Origin: Octopus bimaculoides
Taxonomy: Eukaryota
Assembly (NCBI RefSeq): GCF_001194135.2
Contig: NC_068981.1
Coordinates: 186,050,502 to 186,113,307 of the forward strand
DNA length: 62,806 nt
Reading direction: 5' to 3'
Shown: one piece after another, positions 1-14,482 of the stretch
How positions within the stretch are numbered: the stretch's first letter is position 1
Layout of the letters: every line of letters begins with the position of its first letter
Made by a program: the position numbers and the translations under genes
The notes under the pieces: model-generated
Databases searched by the model: none
Seen by the model: only the letters and a program-made list of their open reading frames with translations
What the model was told of the DNA's origin: nothing

Positions 1-503
1 TATATATATATATATATATATATATATTGCACCATGTCAAGTTTATAATATTCCTGCGGGAATTCGCGAGTAAATTAGTTTGTTTTTTTGTCTTTTATGT
101 ACATACCTAAAATTATGGTTATCTACACTCATTTCCGTGTTAAAATCGAGCGCAATACAATATTTCATTACAGTGCCACGAAGTGTCTCAAAAATTTTTT
201 TTATAATACGTAGGACATGTTTGCGTACCGTCTATTTGTTTTTTTCCTTGTGACTCCCTGGTGTCTGTTATCATAGCTATATCTCTGACGCAAACTAACT
301 TCCTCTATGTTACACTCTGCTGCGCCGAAAGCTCTAGTAAGTGGGGTGAACCGGTGTCAATAAATTTTTGGCAAATTAATTATTGAAGCTAAAGGTTGTT
401 GATCGATTGTCTACTGTAATGAAACATGTACTCGTGTCATTGATTACTGTGCTAGGGGAGGATGGAAGGTGGCAGCAATTATAACAAAAACATCACCAGC
501 ACC

Positions 504-571
<68 letters not shown>

Positions 572-617
572 CACCAATAATAATAATAATAACAATAATA
601 ATAATAATAATAATAAT
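504..617. repeat. (AAT)n microsatellite, target site of the adjacent LINE fragment
   Basis: Long AAT tract with a few AAC interruptions; accounts for the poly-N/poly-L/poly-Y ORFs at 462-892. Confidence 0.97.
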
Positions 618-951
618 ACTCTAAAAGAAATGGAAAAACTTTCAAAATACAAAGACCTGGAAATAGAGATAACTCGAATGTGGAATCTAAAAACAGAAAC
701 AATTCCTATCATAGTAGGTGCCTTAGGTATAATAAAAAAATATTCAGACAAATACATAACAAAAACACCAGGACTTACAAATATATATAACATACAGAAA
801 ATTGCACTACTGGGTACTGCACACATTCTACGCAAAACACTTTCAATACAGTAAACATAAGAACACCACAGCAAACCACAGCACATACCCAAGGCGCACA
901 GAGCTGCGCTCGGTAGTGAAGTGAAAGCACGTTATAAAAATAAAACTACTG
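618..951 (+). mobile_element. 5'-truncated R4/Dong-like (RLE-type) LINE: end of ORF2 plus 3' UTR
   Basis: Translates TLKEMEKLSKYKDLEIEITRMWNLKTETIPIIVGALG...IQKIALLGTAHILRKTLSIQ*, the C-terminal RLE segment (KxxKYxDL...PIIVGALG...LxGTAxILRK) of site-specific non-LTR elements; AAT repeats on both sides. Confidence 0.9.
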
Positions 952-1094
952 AATAATGATAATAATAATAAAGTATGATAATGATAATGTTAATTATAAT
1001 AATAATTATAATAATAATTATAATTATAACAGCAGTCACAATGGTAGCAACAAAATTAATGATAAGAGGCTTCTTTTATTATTCTTACCTTCTA

Positions 1095-1330
1095 TTTTCT
1101 ACTCGTTCAGGCTGCGGCCATGCTGGGGTAAAGCTTTGAAGGGTTTTAAACGAAGGAATCTGGCCCAGTTTCAATTTTTTAAAAGTCTAGATCGAAGGAT
1201 TCTACTCTAGCCTGGTCAGCTCCAGGCTAGAGTAGAAGACACTTGCCCAAGGTGCCACACAGCGGGACTGAACCCCGAACCATATGGTTGGGAAGCAAGT
1301 TGTTTTACCACACATCCACTCCTGGGCCTA
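1095..1330 (-). mobile_element. SINE-A copy (tRNA-derived head, internally deleted)
   Basis: Reverse complement matches the full copy at 52760-53130 (head ...aagcttgcttcccaaccatatggttcggg...ggcaccttgggcaagtgtcttctactctagcc). Confidence 0.85.
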
Positions 1331-1518
1331 TATTTCTTCTAAGCTACTCTATCGTTGGAAAGTATAGGCATTTCGTGTATATTTTACAGGTTTCTTGCAT
1401 AGTTTCATGAAAATACAAAGAAACATCGCTTCACATTGGCTATGAACATGGAGTTGTTAACCGTTCTGTTTGTATAACTCTATTTCTATCTTACTGTCGA
1501 GGGCAGCACTGCAGCTAT

Positions 1519-1519
<1 letters not shown>

Positions 1520-1579
<60 letters not shown>

Positions 1580-1670
1580 GGCGTGTGTGTGTGTGTGTGT
1601 GGCATACATTTACGTATGCGTGTATGAGTAGAAACACTCAAACACGCATACACACACACACACACACGCA

Positions 1671-1708
<38 letters not shown>
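1520..1708. repeat. Compound (GT)n/(CA)n/(TA)n microsatellite
   Basis: Direct inspection; representative of dozens of similar tracts in the window. Confidence 0.95.
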
Positions 1709-1709
<1 letters not shown>

Positions 1710-2369
1710 CTTTTGGACGAATGTACACATTTAGAGAGAGAGAGTGAGTGTGCGCGAGGTTTTTAAATAGATAGACAGACAGAGAGACAAGTAGATAGAT
1801 AGATAGATAGGTAGATAGGTAGATACTTATATGCGAAGGGACGTAGGCACAGACATAGACATTTGAGAAAATTCAAATGCATCTCTGCAAACAGAGAGTG
1901 TGCACATGGAATGATGAAAACACAACTGAAATAGTTGTACATATATACATTGTTGTGCATTGTGTGTATCCCCGTTTGCTTTGTGAGTATAAATATGCAT
2001 ACATAGTTTTATGTATGTTGTTATAAGCATGCATAGTTCGAGAGCATGCAATAATGAATGTTTAATGAATGTCTATGTTCATTTTCATAAGCTGTATGCG
2101 TTTATGCGCGCTTCATTCTGTGTATATATATTGGAAAAGCTGCAGAATCTATCACACACATATTGGTGAGATACTTTGTGACTGACGCATCATCAAGGAC
2201 TTGCTTGATTTTGTAGAAACGGTAGCCATGGCTTCTCCGGCAAAATACACCCTACCATCTCAGAATATTCACACACCACACATAAACATACACACATACA
2301 CTAATATATAAATGTATAAATATATGTGCATGGGCCTCTGTGCGTTTGTGTAAGTATTATATATGTATG

Positions 2370-2405
<36 letters not shown>

Positions 2406-2560
2406 GACGCATGTATACGAATATATACATATATGCAAGTATATACACATATACACTAATATATATATGTATAAATATATGTGCATGTGCCTGTGTGCGT
2501 GTCTGTAAGTGTTATATATGCATGTATATGTATACACACACACAGACGCACATATATACG

Positions 2561-2603
<43 letters not shown>

Positions 2604-3054
2604 GTATATAAAAGATATGCGCAAGCAAAATGGTATGATTACAACCATATTCAACTCATCCCTATTTCTTCTCTAATGTCTTCTTTATTTAATCTTCACC
2701 ATTATTCAGATCGATTTCATCACGAAATATGATAAATATTTTAGCATATCAATGGAAATGCCATACAACATTGGAAGCAGAAACAGCTGTTAGGTCGGAT
2801 GCAGTCTATTTGTATTGAATTAATAAATAATAATTGATGTAAGTCAATTGTTGTTCATCGATATTTCTCCATTTTCAGTCTGCGATAAATTTTGATTCTT
2901 GATAAACTCACGCTTATCCCTGCCTGTACCTAAGAGCATAATATACCTGCATATGTACACCCATACTTAAACATAGGTATTATACCGTAGTGTAATGGAT
3001 ACTTTTATCCATTAGACGATTATTTTCACCTCTACCTCAGCTAAACTTATGTAC

Positions 3055-3098
<44 letters not shown>

Positions 3099-3404
3099 NN
3101 NNNNNNNNNNNNNNNNNNNNNNNNNNNNNNNNNNNNNNNNNNNNNNNNNNNNNNNNNNNNNNNNNNNNNNNNNNNNNNNNNNNNNNNNNNNNNNNNNNNN
3201 NNNNNNNNNNNNNNNNNNNNNNNNNNNNNNNNNNNNNNNNNNNNNNNNNNNNNNNNNNNNNNNNNNNNNNNNNNNNNNNNNNNNNNNNNNNNNNNNNNNN
3301 NNNNNNNNNNNNNNNNNNNNNNNNNNNNNNNNNNNNNNNNNNNNNNNNNNNNNNNNNNNNNNNNNNNNNNNNNNNNNNNNTATATATATATATATATATA
3401 TCAT

Positions 3405-3730
3405 CTTTTATCTCTTGCTTGTTTCAGTCACTAGACGGCAGCCATGCCGGGGCAGCGCTTTGCAGTATTTTTTCGTCGATTGAATCGACCCCAATATATT
3501 TTTTAGAGACTGGTACTTATTCTAGGGATCTCTCACGCCGAACAGCTAAGTTATGGGGACTTAAACGCACCAACAGCAGTTATCCACCGGTGGTGGGGAG
3601 AAACACAAACATAAAGACACACAAACACAAAAAAACACACGTATATGTATGTATATATATGACTAACTTTCTTCAGTTTCCGCCTACCAAGTACACTCAC
3701 AAGGCTTCGGCCAGCCCGAGGCTATTATAG
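3405..3730 (-). mobile_element. SINE-A copy lacking the head
   Basis: Shares the family body and tail (gtttcagtca...gccatgc...cgaacagctaagttatggggac...cttcagtttccgcctaccaa...ggccagcccgaggctat) with the other copies. Confidence 0.85.
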
Positions 3731-4707
3731 ATGTAAAGGGGGCAATGAGGAAACAAGAAGAAACCACGATGGGAGCATATTTGTTACAGATACTGCTTGG
3801 TGAATGCTTAAAAAGTAACGGAAAGAATGTTGATGTTTCGGATTCTGTGCCTTCATCACGAATAAAGTTGGTACACATACACGTTCATATACATATTATA
3901 CGTATAGATATTATACATACAGTATATATCTTGATACTCATATATATGCACATATATATATTTAGATACATATATATATACACATGTAAACTAAATATAA
4001 TTTTATACAAGCATGTGTAAAATACATGCACATAATGGATTTTATATATACATCAAGGTTGGCATATTTTCCCGATAAATGTTGTAGGAGTCTAGTTCCA
4101 TAGTTCAAATCGTGTCAATCAGTCGATTCATAGACAATCGACTGAAAACAACAAAAAGTTTTCTATACCCTTATCTTCTTCAGATCCAGAAAAGAAAGTA
4201 AAAACTGGTTTTCCGTATCGTATTAATCAAACTTCTTTTCCAGTTTAAAGCTCCGAACGAAACCAAAATAAATGTATTCACTTCTTGTTTGCATCGATTA
4301 AGTTTTCTAATTGGATAGTTAATAATCATCAAAGGTTGCCTTGGTTTAGTGGTTTATAAATGTCCAACCGTTTTACAGGAGACATGCAGTTCAATTACTA
4401 TAGATGAAGCTATCCATTAGGGGCCATATTTGTCTGTTATTGATTTGCAGCGTCTTATGCGTTTCAAGTTATAAAAGACACACAGATGATATATGTGTGC
4501 GAGTGTATACACACACACACACACATGTGTGTGTAATCAATAAACCATATATCAGAAAGGCACACGCTACAGAATAGAGCAGTCATTATTACAATAAAAA
4601 TTTAAATTTTGGACATAGAGTTACCAAAGGTTTCGTATCCATAAAGCCAATGCCTTGTTGATACAAAACCTTTGGTTACTCTCAGTCGAAAATTCAAATT
4701 TTTGTTG

Positions 4708-4786
<79 letters not shown>

Positions 4787-7029
4787 ATATATATACATCT
4801 ATATATGAGTATGTGTTTGTGTGAGTACGTGTTTGTGTGTACATATAGTTCAAATATCTAATAGAGGTAGAATCAACAAGAAAGTAGTCCATCTAGTGAG
4901 AGATAAATGTCAATTTAAATACACAACCGAAAGAATAACCAATAGTTTCATGTTGTTATGATACTTGAACAGGCATATTTATAAAATACGCCATTAGTCT
5001 TGAAGCAGCCTTTCAGGCTCAGTTTATGCCTTATATATATTTTAAGAACAAGGACGTCTGAATGATCGCTTTAAGATAAATGGCGTAGTTTATAAATATG
5101 CCTGTTCAAGTATCATAATAGCATGAAACTATTAGTAGCTCTCTCGGATGTGTATTTAAATTGATATGTATATCTGTGCATATGTACAACAATACAAGTC
5201 TTCTGACGATACTTGCAATTTGTTTGTGTGTTTGTCTACAACCACAGCTTTCGCTGTTATTCAGTGTATGTTTGCTTTGCGTTAGAATTACTTCCATGCG
5301 TACAATTTCGTCATAGTTATTGAATCGTCAGAAAATGCTTGTTTAAATATAGGAACAATTTAAACTTAAAATCTCTGTAATCAGTTCTCAGTTATATTCC
5401 ATTTTCATTCATGGTCTGATATCTTGTTTACTATCAGGTCGGATATATTTTTTTTTTGTCCTTTTTTTGTTTTGTTGTTATCAACCTGTTGGCTTAGAAC
5501 ATAATGCAGAATCGGCTATCAGGAATTATATGTAACTGCTACCACCATCGCATATGTATATCATATCTCCCGTAGAAACGGTGACTAGAGTTACACACAC
5601 ACACACACATCTATGTATGTATGTATGTATATATATATNNNNNNNNNNNNNNNNNNNNNNNNNNNNNNNNNNNNNNNNNNNNNNNNNNNNNNNNNNNNNN
5701 NNNNNNNNNNNNNNNNNNNNNNNNNNNNNNNNNNNNNNNNNNNNNNNNNNNNNNNNNNNNNNNNNNNNNNNNNNNNNNNNNNNNNNNNNNNNNNNNNNNN
5801 NNNNNNNNNNNNNNNNNNNNNNNNNNNNNNNNNNNNNNNNNNNNNNNNNNNNNNNNNNNNNNNNNNNNNNNNNNNNNNNNNNNNNNNNNNNNNNNNNNNN
5901 NNNNNNNNNNNNNNNNNNNNNNNNNNNNNNNNNNNNNNNNNNNNNNNNNNNNNNNNNNNNNNNNNNNNNNNNNNNNNNNNNNNNNNNNNNNNNNNNNNNN
6001 NNNNNNNNNNNNNNNNNNNNNNNNNNNNNNNNNNNNNNNNNNNNNNNNNNNNNNNNNNNNNNNNNNNNNNTATATATATATATATATATATATATTTACA
6101 TATGCATGTTTGTATATGTATATGTATATGTATATATACATGTATCTTTTCATTCTCCTGCTTTGATTGGCTACACGAATAAGAAGAGAAAATTAATATT
6201 ATTTCATATCAGTTCCATGGTTTAATTCGTGGTTTCTAACACAAATACTTGTAGTTATGTCCTTCTGGCTATGTCTGGCTTTCTTTTAATCTTTTCTTGG
6301 TGGTTGAGATTCGGTAAATCTAGTACATTGTAGTTCTTTAGTGTTATTTTCTCTATTTTTTCCTATGTTTTCTTTTATCATCGCTAAATTTTCGTTTTGT
6401 GTGTAATGTATGCCATTGTATTACGAAGCTCATTCATCGAATTATGCTTTCTATGATAATAGCACCAGTTGTGGATCGTACAACTCTCTGTGTATCTTGC
6501 TATGCATTTTATATGTTAAAGCTTGTTTATTTATTTATTTCTAAAAACCAGGAGCTTTAATTATCATTGGCTACTCTCTTTGCGTTTGTTCTTCATTCAA
6601 AAGTGTTCCCTTCTTCTTTAAGGACTGAAATACATAGGTCAGTAGAAATTAAGGTGATTATAAGAGAACAACATTTTCCTTCTTTGTAGTTGAAAATAAT
6701 GTCAGTCTGCACAAGCATTTGTCATAGAATCGCAGCTCTGTTACACTCAGTTATAGATTATTTTCAGATAAAATTTGGTGATTTTTGGCACGTTGCCTAA
6801 TGGATAGAAATGTCGACTCGATCATGCCTGTAAAATATATTTGGTCTACGTCATAACTTGACAGCACGAAACCGTCTAGTGCTTCTTGATATTGACTAAA
6901 AATATTTGTAATTATTATTAGCCTCATGTCATGCGATTTTAGGTTTGTTGTACATATGAGCTAGGCATTTGGCTTCTACGACTAATCTTTCTGTTTTTTT
7001 TTTATTTCATTATCGTGTCTTAGGACAAA

Positions 7030-7265
7030 TAAGGCTGTTTCGTCGGTTTCCATGGCGTATAAGTGACCGCTATAATAATAGTCCTACAGAACGTGGAGCC
7101 AGTCCGTTGCAATGTTGAAGACCTGCAATTTTAATGGGGAAGTTGTAATATATTCTATCGATCGCCGAAGGATGGAAGGCAAAGGTAACCTCCGCCGGAT
7201 TTAAACCACTACGGTTCCTTTGAATCTTGCCAGTTGTTCCAATTGCATATAGAGACTTAACCACA
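7030..7265 (-). mobile_element. SINE with Meta/MESC-like core and a different 3' tail
   Basis: Reverse complement contains gtggttaagtct... head and ccggcggaggttacctttgccttccatccttcggcgatcgata core, as in SINE-B. Confidence 0.7.
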
Positions 7266-7755
7266 ACCGATCATCTGGTAATTCTTTATTGTTGAAGCTA
7301 CAAATAACTATGTACATCTCTTTCTCTCTCTCTTTATATATACATATGTGTTTGTGTATATATATATAGAGAGAGAGAGAGAGAGTGGGAGTGATAGATA
7401 GATAAATAGAAAGATAGACATACATATATACATACATAGATACACACATAACTGCATGCGCATCGTTTTATGTGTTGTTAGGTGTTAGGCAAAATGTATA
7501 TGGATTTCAGTTGAAGGTTTCTGACGTATTACTGTTATGTTACGTAACATTAATTTAAGCACATCACCCATTATCCATGAGAATGTTTCAGATGTTCTGT
7601 ACATATTCAGAATGCTCTATATTAACATTATAAGATTCATAAACACCTCTGCTAAGGCAATTTAAATCATAGTTGCTGGGAAGCCTAATTGACGTTTTAC
7701 CTGCTTCAATTATAGATTTCGTATACAAGAATATCTGTATGTTTGTGTGTAAGTG

Positions 7756-7844
<89 letters not shown>

Positions 7845-9236
7845 ATGCATCCTCTATGTCTATGTGTTTGAGTGTTTCTGTACGAATACCAATGATTGAA
7901 GAGGCTTTCAGAGATATTTAAAAGCTACAGGAGTTATGAACTTAAGACTTTCTGTTGAAATTATCCTTTTACGTTTTATTGAAATAGGCTTTGCTCTAAA
8001 TATGCAACTTCCGTTAAACGGAAGGACACCATTTTTATTTCAATCTCCATTGTCTAAGAACAGCATAAAACATTCGAATGGTATTCTATCCTTTTGTCTT
8101 CCATAAGATGGTATTAATGTAGTCTCAGATCATCGTATATATGTTACAAAGAATTACAAAGAACAAAATCTAAAAGTATCATATCCTTGGCATATTCTAA
8201 AAATTTCCTTTACAAAATAATAACAAATGTGCGGGAAATCAAATTTCTCATTAGTGATATTGTCATTATGAAAATATTTTGGAAATTATACGATAATTGT
8301 ATCAATGTTTTATGAACTTTGATGATAATATTTTCTCTTATGATGGGCAGGTATTTTAATAATGTTTTTACTCTATTCATTTGCTTATATTTCCAGCTTA
8401 TATGAATGTTACTTGTGTTAATGCAAACAAATATATACACAAGCACACACACACACACACACACACAAACACATATACATACGCATGCGAGCGCGCACAC
8501 AGACACGTGTATATATATATTTCACTGACAGAGGCGACCAAGCCAAGAATTCGCAGTCAGTCATCGCTTTTCTTTGTAAAAATTTTAATAAGCATGGGCT
8601 CTACGAAAATGCATTCATAACTCTGTTTATTATTAAATAGTTCTATATATAACGAGATGAACACAAAGGTCAATACTCAGCGGGGTTCGATCTCAGTGTG
8701 CCGAGATTCGGAAAGTATATGGCAAGGCATCCCATTATAATGGTATTATTGATACCATATATTAAATAAGATACTTAATAGCATTAATGTCAATGTTACT
8801 GTTTGAGAAAACATTCCTGGAGCAAACTTGGTCTCGTTTCTCAATGAAAGAAACTATACGTAACATTGTGAAGATATATAACAAGATCTTATATATGAGT
8901 ATGGCACTTCTAGATAAAATCGGTCTGTCAAAAGTTACTGTGAACTTAATAGAAAGCCAATGATATTTACATAAAATTTTATCCTCAGGTAAGGAATGGC
9001 TAAGGTAAAGTTATCTCAAAATGTTGTGAAATTTAATTATCGTTTGTTATTTTTACAGAATAGAATTATCTGGTTTACAGTATATTAAGGTAGAAATTTC
9101 ATTCCAACTATTGTATTTGGAACAATATTAAAACATGCTCACAATAGGCTCTTGAACTATCATATTTCTGATCAAATTTTTGAATTATACATATATAAAT
9201 GTTTGTGTGCATCTGCGTCCATACATACATACATAC

Positions 9237-9291
<55 letters not shown>

Positions 9292-9720
9292 TCTATTAAA
9301 TTACACTTAGTACACGAATTTATATAGAAAAAACAGCTAATTTATAATTCTTGGGAAAATAGTACTTATACAATCAAATTAATATTATTATATTCCAAAA
9401 TAACGTGAATTATGTAACTTCAACAATGACACACAATTAAATATTCTACTTCAATTAATTGAAGCCATGAAGATTGTTTGGTTATATTCAATGCAGGATT
9501 GATTAGTTAGCAAGACATAAATTTCATTCAACTATGCCCTCTCATGATTAGATATTTAGATTTAATTTTATTTTCGATATCACCAAATGAATGATTTCTC
9601 ATCTCAAAATAAATCGTAGTAAATATTTTGCTTCAAATTAGTACGATGTTTGAAATTTAAAGTATGAGTTTTCTTTCTTCCTTCTCTTTTTTTTATACAG
9701 TCACGTGATATTTATACACC

Positions 9721-10044
9721 CCATGTAATTTCGGGTTCAATTCTACTGCGTGACACCTTGGGCAAGTGTTTTCTACCATAGCCTATTATAGGCCGAGCAA
9801 TGCCTACACACTCACACAAACACACACCCACACACACAAACACACACACACAAATACGTACACACACACATACATACACAAACACACAAGCACACGTATA
9901 TGCGATGGGCTTCTTTCAGTTTCCACTCATAAATCTTTAGTCGGCCCCAGGCTATAGCAGAAGAGACATAGTGCCATTTAGTGAAACTGAACCTGGAACC
10001 ATGTGGTCGGGAAGCAGGCTTCTTACCACACAGCCACGCCTGCA

Positions 10045-10045
<1 letters not shown>
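9721..10045. mobile_element. Two SINE-A head fragments in opposite orientation (+ 9721-9805, - 9905-10045) around a (CA)n-rich spacer
   Basis: ccatgtaatttcgggttcaattc...caccttgggcaagtg on +; ...aaccatgtggtcgggaagcaggcttcttaccacacagccacgcctg on -. Confidence 0.8.
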
Positions 10046-10094
<49 letters not shown>

Positions 10095-10345
10095 TTGAAC
10101 ACGTGACCGACCAGGCTATCAGATATTGTTACACATCGCTGGTCACAATGCGCTGTTGCATTGCTCTAGCCCTCAAATAACACCTCCCCCACTGGCTAGG
10201 TGAGCAGTTCAAATTTCTCCCCCTGATCGAAAGTGGGGACTGGAGCAACGTGAAATGAAGTCTTTTGCCCAAGAACACAACGCGCCAGCCAGTCAGGGAA
10301 TCGAACCCACAATCTAATGATCGTGAGTGTAACAGCCTTACCACT
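10095..10345 (-). mobile_element. SINE-C-type copy (tRNA head, CORE-like gttgtgttcttgggcaaa...tttcacgttgctccagtcc)
   Basis: Head and core homologous to 14218-14480 and 51430-51610; different 3' body. Confidence 0.75.
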
Positions 10346-10734
10346 GTGTGTAGTTATGTCTGTGTTTGCGTCGTATTTCGGAGTGACAACCGGTGTTGAT
10401 TTGCTTACATCGTCGTATCTAAGCGGTTCGACCAAACGTTCCGATTAACTAGATGACTATAAATTAAGCACAGGGTCGAATTGTCCGACTAAACTCTTCG
10501 AGACGGTGCTGTAGCATGACCGCAGTGCAATGAATAAAACGAACACAAATAAAACGATAGCATATTGAATACTGCTGTTGTTGTTTCGCTCATTTGCAAA
10601 TCGTCGTCCATTGAAGTGGATAATCAGAAACGTTTCCCGTTTTTTACCCAACTTTATCCGATCAATTCTTTGCCAAAGTTTCTTAATATTTAAACTAAAC
10701 TAACAGATTTCTCTCCTTTCCTTTCTGTTTTTTT

Positions 10735-11075
10735 TCAGTCATTAGAACGTGGCCATACTGGGGCACCGCCTTGAAGAATTTTACGCAAAACTATCGACCC
10801 AAGTACTTATTCTTTAAGCCTGACACTTATTTTATTTAGCTTTAGCCGAACCGCTAAGTTACGGGGACATAAACACACCAACACCAGTTGCGAAACGATG
10901 GTAGAGGTCAAACACGGACACAAAGATACACACATACATAGTTATACACATACGACAGGCATCTTTCGGTTTCAGTCCACCAAATCCACTCAAAAGGCTT
11001 TGGTGCCACGCAGTGAGACTGAACCCAGAACCATGTGGTTGAGAAGCAGACTTCTTACCACACAGCCACGTCCTT
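10735..11075 (-). mobile_element. Near full-length SINE-A
   Basis: Colinear with the reverse complement of 52760-53130 from tail to tRNA-like head (accacacagccacg). Confidence 0.88.
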
Positions 11076-11206
11076 ATCTATATGTTCAAGTTAAAATCAT
11101 TCGTATATCGTTTTACTGTAAATGTCAATATATATTTTGTTGTGTCTACGGAGTGTCATTACGCCAATATTAATAACACACGCACCAGTTAAACTCCATT
11201 CCTTTA

Positions 11207-11469
11207 TTATCAGTCAGTTAGTTAAATATCTATCCAACTAACTAATCGATCTTTAATTTAAATTCTTGGTTAAACAGTCAATCGATTCTTTTCTTTTCTT
11301 TTTTTCGTTCGTGAAAGTTTTTTCCGTCGTCATTCGCAACATTTTCAGTGACTCTCTTCCACCTCGCTACGGAGGCCGTTTTTGCCAGTCTTGAGACCAT
11401 GTTGCGCGTATGTGTGTTTGTCGGAGTCAGTAGTTTAGGAGAGGAGGTAACGGTGATGATGGCCGACAG
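11207..11469 (+). other. Possible 5' UTR or first exon (CpG-enriched unique island)
   Basis: Inr-like ttatcagtcagtt at ~11207-11219, CpG-rich unique sequence, ATG at 11399, donors gag|gtaacg (11446) and cag|gtttgt (11469). No homology recognised. Confidence 0.2.
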
Positions 11470-11574
11470 GTTTGTGTGTGCGTAGCCAGATATGAGTTGT
11501 TTAACAATGTAGAATACGCAGTTTTCCCTCAGGTTTCCAAGAGAGATAGCAAATGCATAGAGTGTCAATGTATA

Positions 11575-12820
11575 GAATAAGTTCCAGTTGGGTACTAGAG
11601 TCGATGTAATCGACGAGTCCCCATTTCCGAAGTTCCTGGCCTTGTAACAAACTCTGAAACCAAAGTTAGTCTAATGAAACCAATATACTTATCATGAAAT
11701 TTCGTCTGTATTTACGTTCTGAGTTTAAATTCTGCCGAGGTCGACTTTGCCTTTCATTTTTTCTGGGTCGATAAATTAAGAACCAGTTGAGGACTGGGTT
11801 CGAGCTAATCNNNNNNNNNNNNNNNNNNNNNNNNNNNNNNNNNNNNNNNNNNNNNNNNNNNNNNNNNNNNNNNNNNNNNNNNNNNNNNNNNNNNNNNNNN
11901 NNNNNNNNNNNNNNNNNNNNNNNNNNNNNNNNNNNNNNNNNNNNNNNGTGCCCAGAGTAGAAAAGAACCGTTAGCACGCGGCATTTCGTCTGTCGCTTCA
12001 TTCTGCGTTTCAATTCTGCCGAGGTCGACTTTGCCTTTCATCCTTTCGGCGGTGAGGGGCGATTAAACATATACCTGTTCCGCTCTAGGGTCGGTGTAAT
12101 CAGTTTAATTCCCTTCCCCAACTGCCTTTGTGGCAAAATTTTGAAATCATTATAATACACAGTGCTAAGGCGGCGACCTGGCAGATTTGTTAACACGCCG
12201 GGTGAAATGCTTAGCAGTATTTTCTCTGTCGCTACGTGCTGAGTTCAAATTCCGCTGTCGTCGACTTTGCTTGTCATCCTTTCGGGAGTTAATAAATTAG
12301 GTACCAGTCAAGTATTGTGGTCGATGAGATCGAATGTCCCCTCGACACAAAAATCCAGGACTTGTGCCTAGAGTAGTAAAGATTATAATACACAGTTGTA
12401 GGGCGGTGAGCTGGCAGAATCGTTAGCATATCGGAGATTATGCTCAGTGACATTTCTTTTGGGTTTACATTTCGATTTCAAATATCGTTGGAGTCGACTT
12501 TGCTTGTCGAGGTCGATAAAAGAAGTACCGGTCTAGTACCTGGGTCGATGTAATCGACTAACCCTCTTCCTGCGAACTTGCTGTCCTTGTCTCTAAAGTA
12601 GTAAGAAGTATAGTAGATAACAAGCTAGAAGAATTGTTATCATGTCAGACCAATTGTTAAGTGGCAATTTTTCTGACTCTTTACGATCTGCGTTCAAATC
12701 TTGTCGAGGTCAACTTTTCCTTTCGTCTCTACAGGAACAATAAATTTAAAGTTTCAGTGATATATTGTGGTAAATGGCGTCGACTTCTCTCCACCTCTCA
12801 AAATTGCTGGCCTGCAAAAG
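11575..12820 (+). mobile_element. Head-to-tail cluster of about six SINE-B copies (contains an N gap)
   Basis: Repeated ggcggcgagctggcagaa..gttagcacg...ctgagttcaaattcc..cgaggtcgactttgcctttcatcctttcggggtcgataaa..aagtaccag...gatgtaatcgac pattern. Confidence 0.9.
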
Positions 12821-13959
12821 ACCGACGTCCCTTTTAGGGAAATGGTATATCGGTCAATTACATGTCATGGAAACTTGGTACTCAGGCTTATGAGTTCGAA
12901 GGCTGTAGAAAATGAAGAAATAAAATAAAACGCTGCGTTACCTTAATAAAATCAATCAACGTTATTGTATGCTGTATTAAAACCAAATACGGTAAAGCTA
13001 TATGTAATTCTGTTTGTTAGCAGGAAACAAGTATTATTAGCTGTTACCTCTAAAACGACTGTTCGAAAAGCTTAGAAGATGATGAAAGTGAATATTTCAT
13101 ACACTGAATAATGTAATAAAGCTGATCTGAGAGTTTAAAGGTTTTATCACATACGGAGCAATGCTGAAATCGTTTCGCACAGAAATAATTTAAAATGACA
13201 GACTTCTCTGCCATCAGTGACCAATTCAATTCACTTGCTATGGTTGGCTCCCTATAAAATATAGATACAGCCTAATCGAAACACTATGTTAATGGACGCT
13301 TGTTCATGTGTCATAAATCTCACCTACCACCTGTGATTATATTTGATATCTTTTTTTTATGTCTGTATTTACTTACAGAGATTATGTCTCCATGAAATTT
13401 CATTATGATTTCATTGAACGTTGATTTAGTTCTGGCTGTTGTTTCTTTCTCTTTTGACCTTAAGCCGCAGTTTTAACATTACACAGTTGCAGCAGTGAAT
13501 TATTTTCTTCGCATAGAACTTGTCATTCGAAACCTGACAGCTTGAAGCCGAATTGTTTAAAGGAAAATAGTTTTTATTTCTTGTTACATCATGTCAGTAA
13601 AAATTTAAATCACTTTTCTAACGACTGACCAAGATTGTGATTTCAAATGGAAGAGCATCCGAAAGATGCTATTTACACAGGAAGATTTCGTAGTCTAGTA
13701 GACACAGAACCAGGTCGAAGTGTTTCAGATAGAAAAATCGGTAACCAACGTTGAACAGAGATAAAATAAGAGGATACTTTAGCTTCGTTTATGATGTGTG
13801 ACATTTCAAAACAAGAAACAGATTTCCTTGGCTGGAGTTTCTTGTAACAAGGGAAGAAAAAAAAATCTATAAAAATTATAAATAAATTGTTGGTGCATTC
13901 ATTGTGACTTCCATCATGTCTGTACCGCACTATAATATGCATTTATCATTTATCTTCTA

Positions 13960-14217
13960 CTTGTTTTCATCACTGGACTGCGGCCGTGTTGGAGCACCGT
14001 ATTAAAGGATTTCGTCGAAGAAATCGACGCCAGTACTTACGTATATTTTTCAAAGGCCGATACTGATTTTATTGTTTTATTATTTTTTTTTTTTACTGAA
14101 CCGCTAGCCTACGGGAACGTAAACAAGACGACAGCGGTTGTGAAGAGGGCGGGGAGTAACAAGCAAATACATACACATAACGGGTTTTCACAGTTTCCGT
14201 CAACCAAATTCGCGAAG
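13960..14217 (-). mobile_element. SINE-A 3' portion
   Basis: gactgcggccgtgttggagcaccg...gaaccgctagcctacgggaacgtaaac...cagtttccgtcaaccaaattc matches the family. Confidence 0.8.
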
Positions 14218-14480
14218 GCCTGTGGCTTAGTGATTAGGATATTCAGCTGACGATCGTAAGGTCGTGAGTTCGATTCCCGGCGGCGCGTTGTGTCCTTGAC
14301 CAAGACACTTTATTTCACATTGCTCCAGTCCACTCAGCTGGCAAAAATGAGTTGTACCTGTATTTCAAAGGGCCAGCCTTGTCACATTTTGTGTCATGCC
14401 GAACTACTTTAACAGTACACGTGTCTGTGGGGTGCTCAGCCACTTGTACGTTAACTTTGACTTTAAAATCACTGTCATTT
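14218..14480 (+). mobile_element. SINE-C copy
   Basis: A-box tggcttagtg..tagg and B-box gagttcgattccc, then gttgtgtccttgaccaagacactttatttcacattgctccagtccac core. Confidence 0.82.
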
Positions 14481-14482
14481 GG

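Noticed and set aside
28-430. Possible non-autonomous DNA element or Helitron-like sequence at the window start
   Set aside because: No TIR, TSD, 3' hairpin-CTRR end or second copy could be demonstrated.
14218-14290. tRNA-like A and B boxes here and at other SINE heads
   Set aside because: They continue into SINE cores and tails and lack a complete cloverleaf; not tRNA genes.
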